A DNA stretch of 32,635 bases, taken from NCBI GenBank assembly GCA_905178155.1, contig CAJINV010000002.1, forward strand, positions 4,610,050 to 4,642,684. Reading direction: 5' to 3'. Each line of letters opens with the position of its first letter. Position 1 is the first letter of the stretch. Source of the stretch: Amoebophrya sp. A120 (taxonomy: Eukaryota; Protista; Dinoflagellata). The position numbers and the translations under genes are program-made. This document shows, in pieces, positions 31,945 to 32,635 of this stretch. The notes below the pieces were generated by a model, which saw only the letters and a program-made list of their open reading frames with translations, was not told where the DNA came from and did no database searches.

Positions 31945-32635
31945 GGGGTTATTTTTGTCTAGCGTCGGAAGAGCAGAACCGCGGGAGCCAAAGCCCTCCC
32001 GTCGGAGGCTGCGCGGTTTGGCCACTTTGGTACCCTACCCCGATTCGCCTAATTTCATACCCTCACCCGAATCGGCTCCTTTTGTACCCTACCCCGATTT
32101 GGCCAATTTTGTACCATCCCCGAATTTTGTACCCTGTCCCGATTTCCCTAATTTTGTACCCTAGCCCGATTTGGCAAATTCTGCACCCTGCTCGAATTTT
32201 GTATCCTCTCACGGCTGCCCAATTCTGTACCCTAGCGCACCCCGGGCAGTTTTGTAGGTACGTACCCTGCCCCGAAAGGCCTCACCTTGCGCCCTCGGAC
32301 AGGGCTTATATTTGTCTAGCGAAGAGCAGCACCACGGGGGCCAAAGCTCCTCTTTCAAGGGCGGCGCGGAGTAGCCAACTTTGTGCCCTACACCGATTCG
32401 CCTAATTTTATACCCTCACCCGACACGCCTAATTTTGTACCCTCGCCCGATTTGGCTAATTCTGTACCCTCTCCAAACTGTGTAGCCTATCTCGATTTGC
32501 CTAATTTTGTACCCTAGCCCGATTTGGCGAATTCTGCGCCCTGCTCGAGTTTTATGCCCTAGCCCGGTTGCCCAATTCTGTACCCTAGCGCGCCCCGGGT
32601 GATTTTGTAAGTACCTTGTCCCGAAAGGCCTCAGC
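31945..32635. repeat. Higher-order satellite: ~355-bp unit containing ~24-bp CCCGATTTGCCTAATTTTGTACCCT-like subunits
   Basis: TTTGTCTAGCG..GAAGAGCAG, CCGATTCGCCTAATTT and CCCGAAAGGCCTCA each recur about 350-357 bp apart. Runs off the window end. Confidence 0.88.

Overview
Eukaryotic genomic DNA with three N-gaps (416-1137, 5102-5589, 13292-13391). It most resembles a Syndiniales (Amoebophrya-like) parasitic dinoflagellate; this is an inference from gene style and intron type. Bases 1 to about 9950 are a repeat-rich, rearranged zone: a palindromic satellite, segmental duplications, minisatellites and a junction motif seen five times. Bases 9979 to about 31910 hold five co-oriented minus-strand genes: an ankyrin-repeat protein, an alveolate-type multi-pass membrane protein, a Firmicutes-like aspartate kinase, an intronless low-complexity protein, and a very large WD40 (Crt10-like)/F-box-like protein. 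The main system is a set of 12 complete and 2 partial MITE-like elements (111-328 bp, at least 7 TIR types) inserted inside coding exons. All complete ones start TAT and end ATA, are flanked by 5-bp target-site duplications (TSDs), and carry many copies of one GCAT(G/T/C)ACA motif. Removing each one restores the host reading frame, so they behave as introners, mostly with non-canonical ends. The sequence suggests a splicing rule in which the TIR supplies T(+2) and A(-2), the TSD supplies the first and last intron base, and 3 nt are gained. In 10 of 13 cases the middle three TSD bases are exactly one codon. The window ends in a higher-order satellite. No transposase was recognised.
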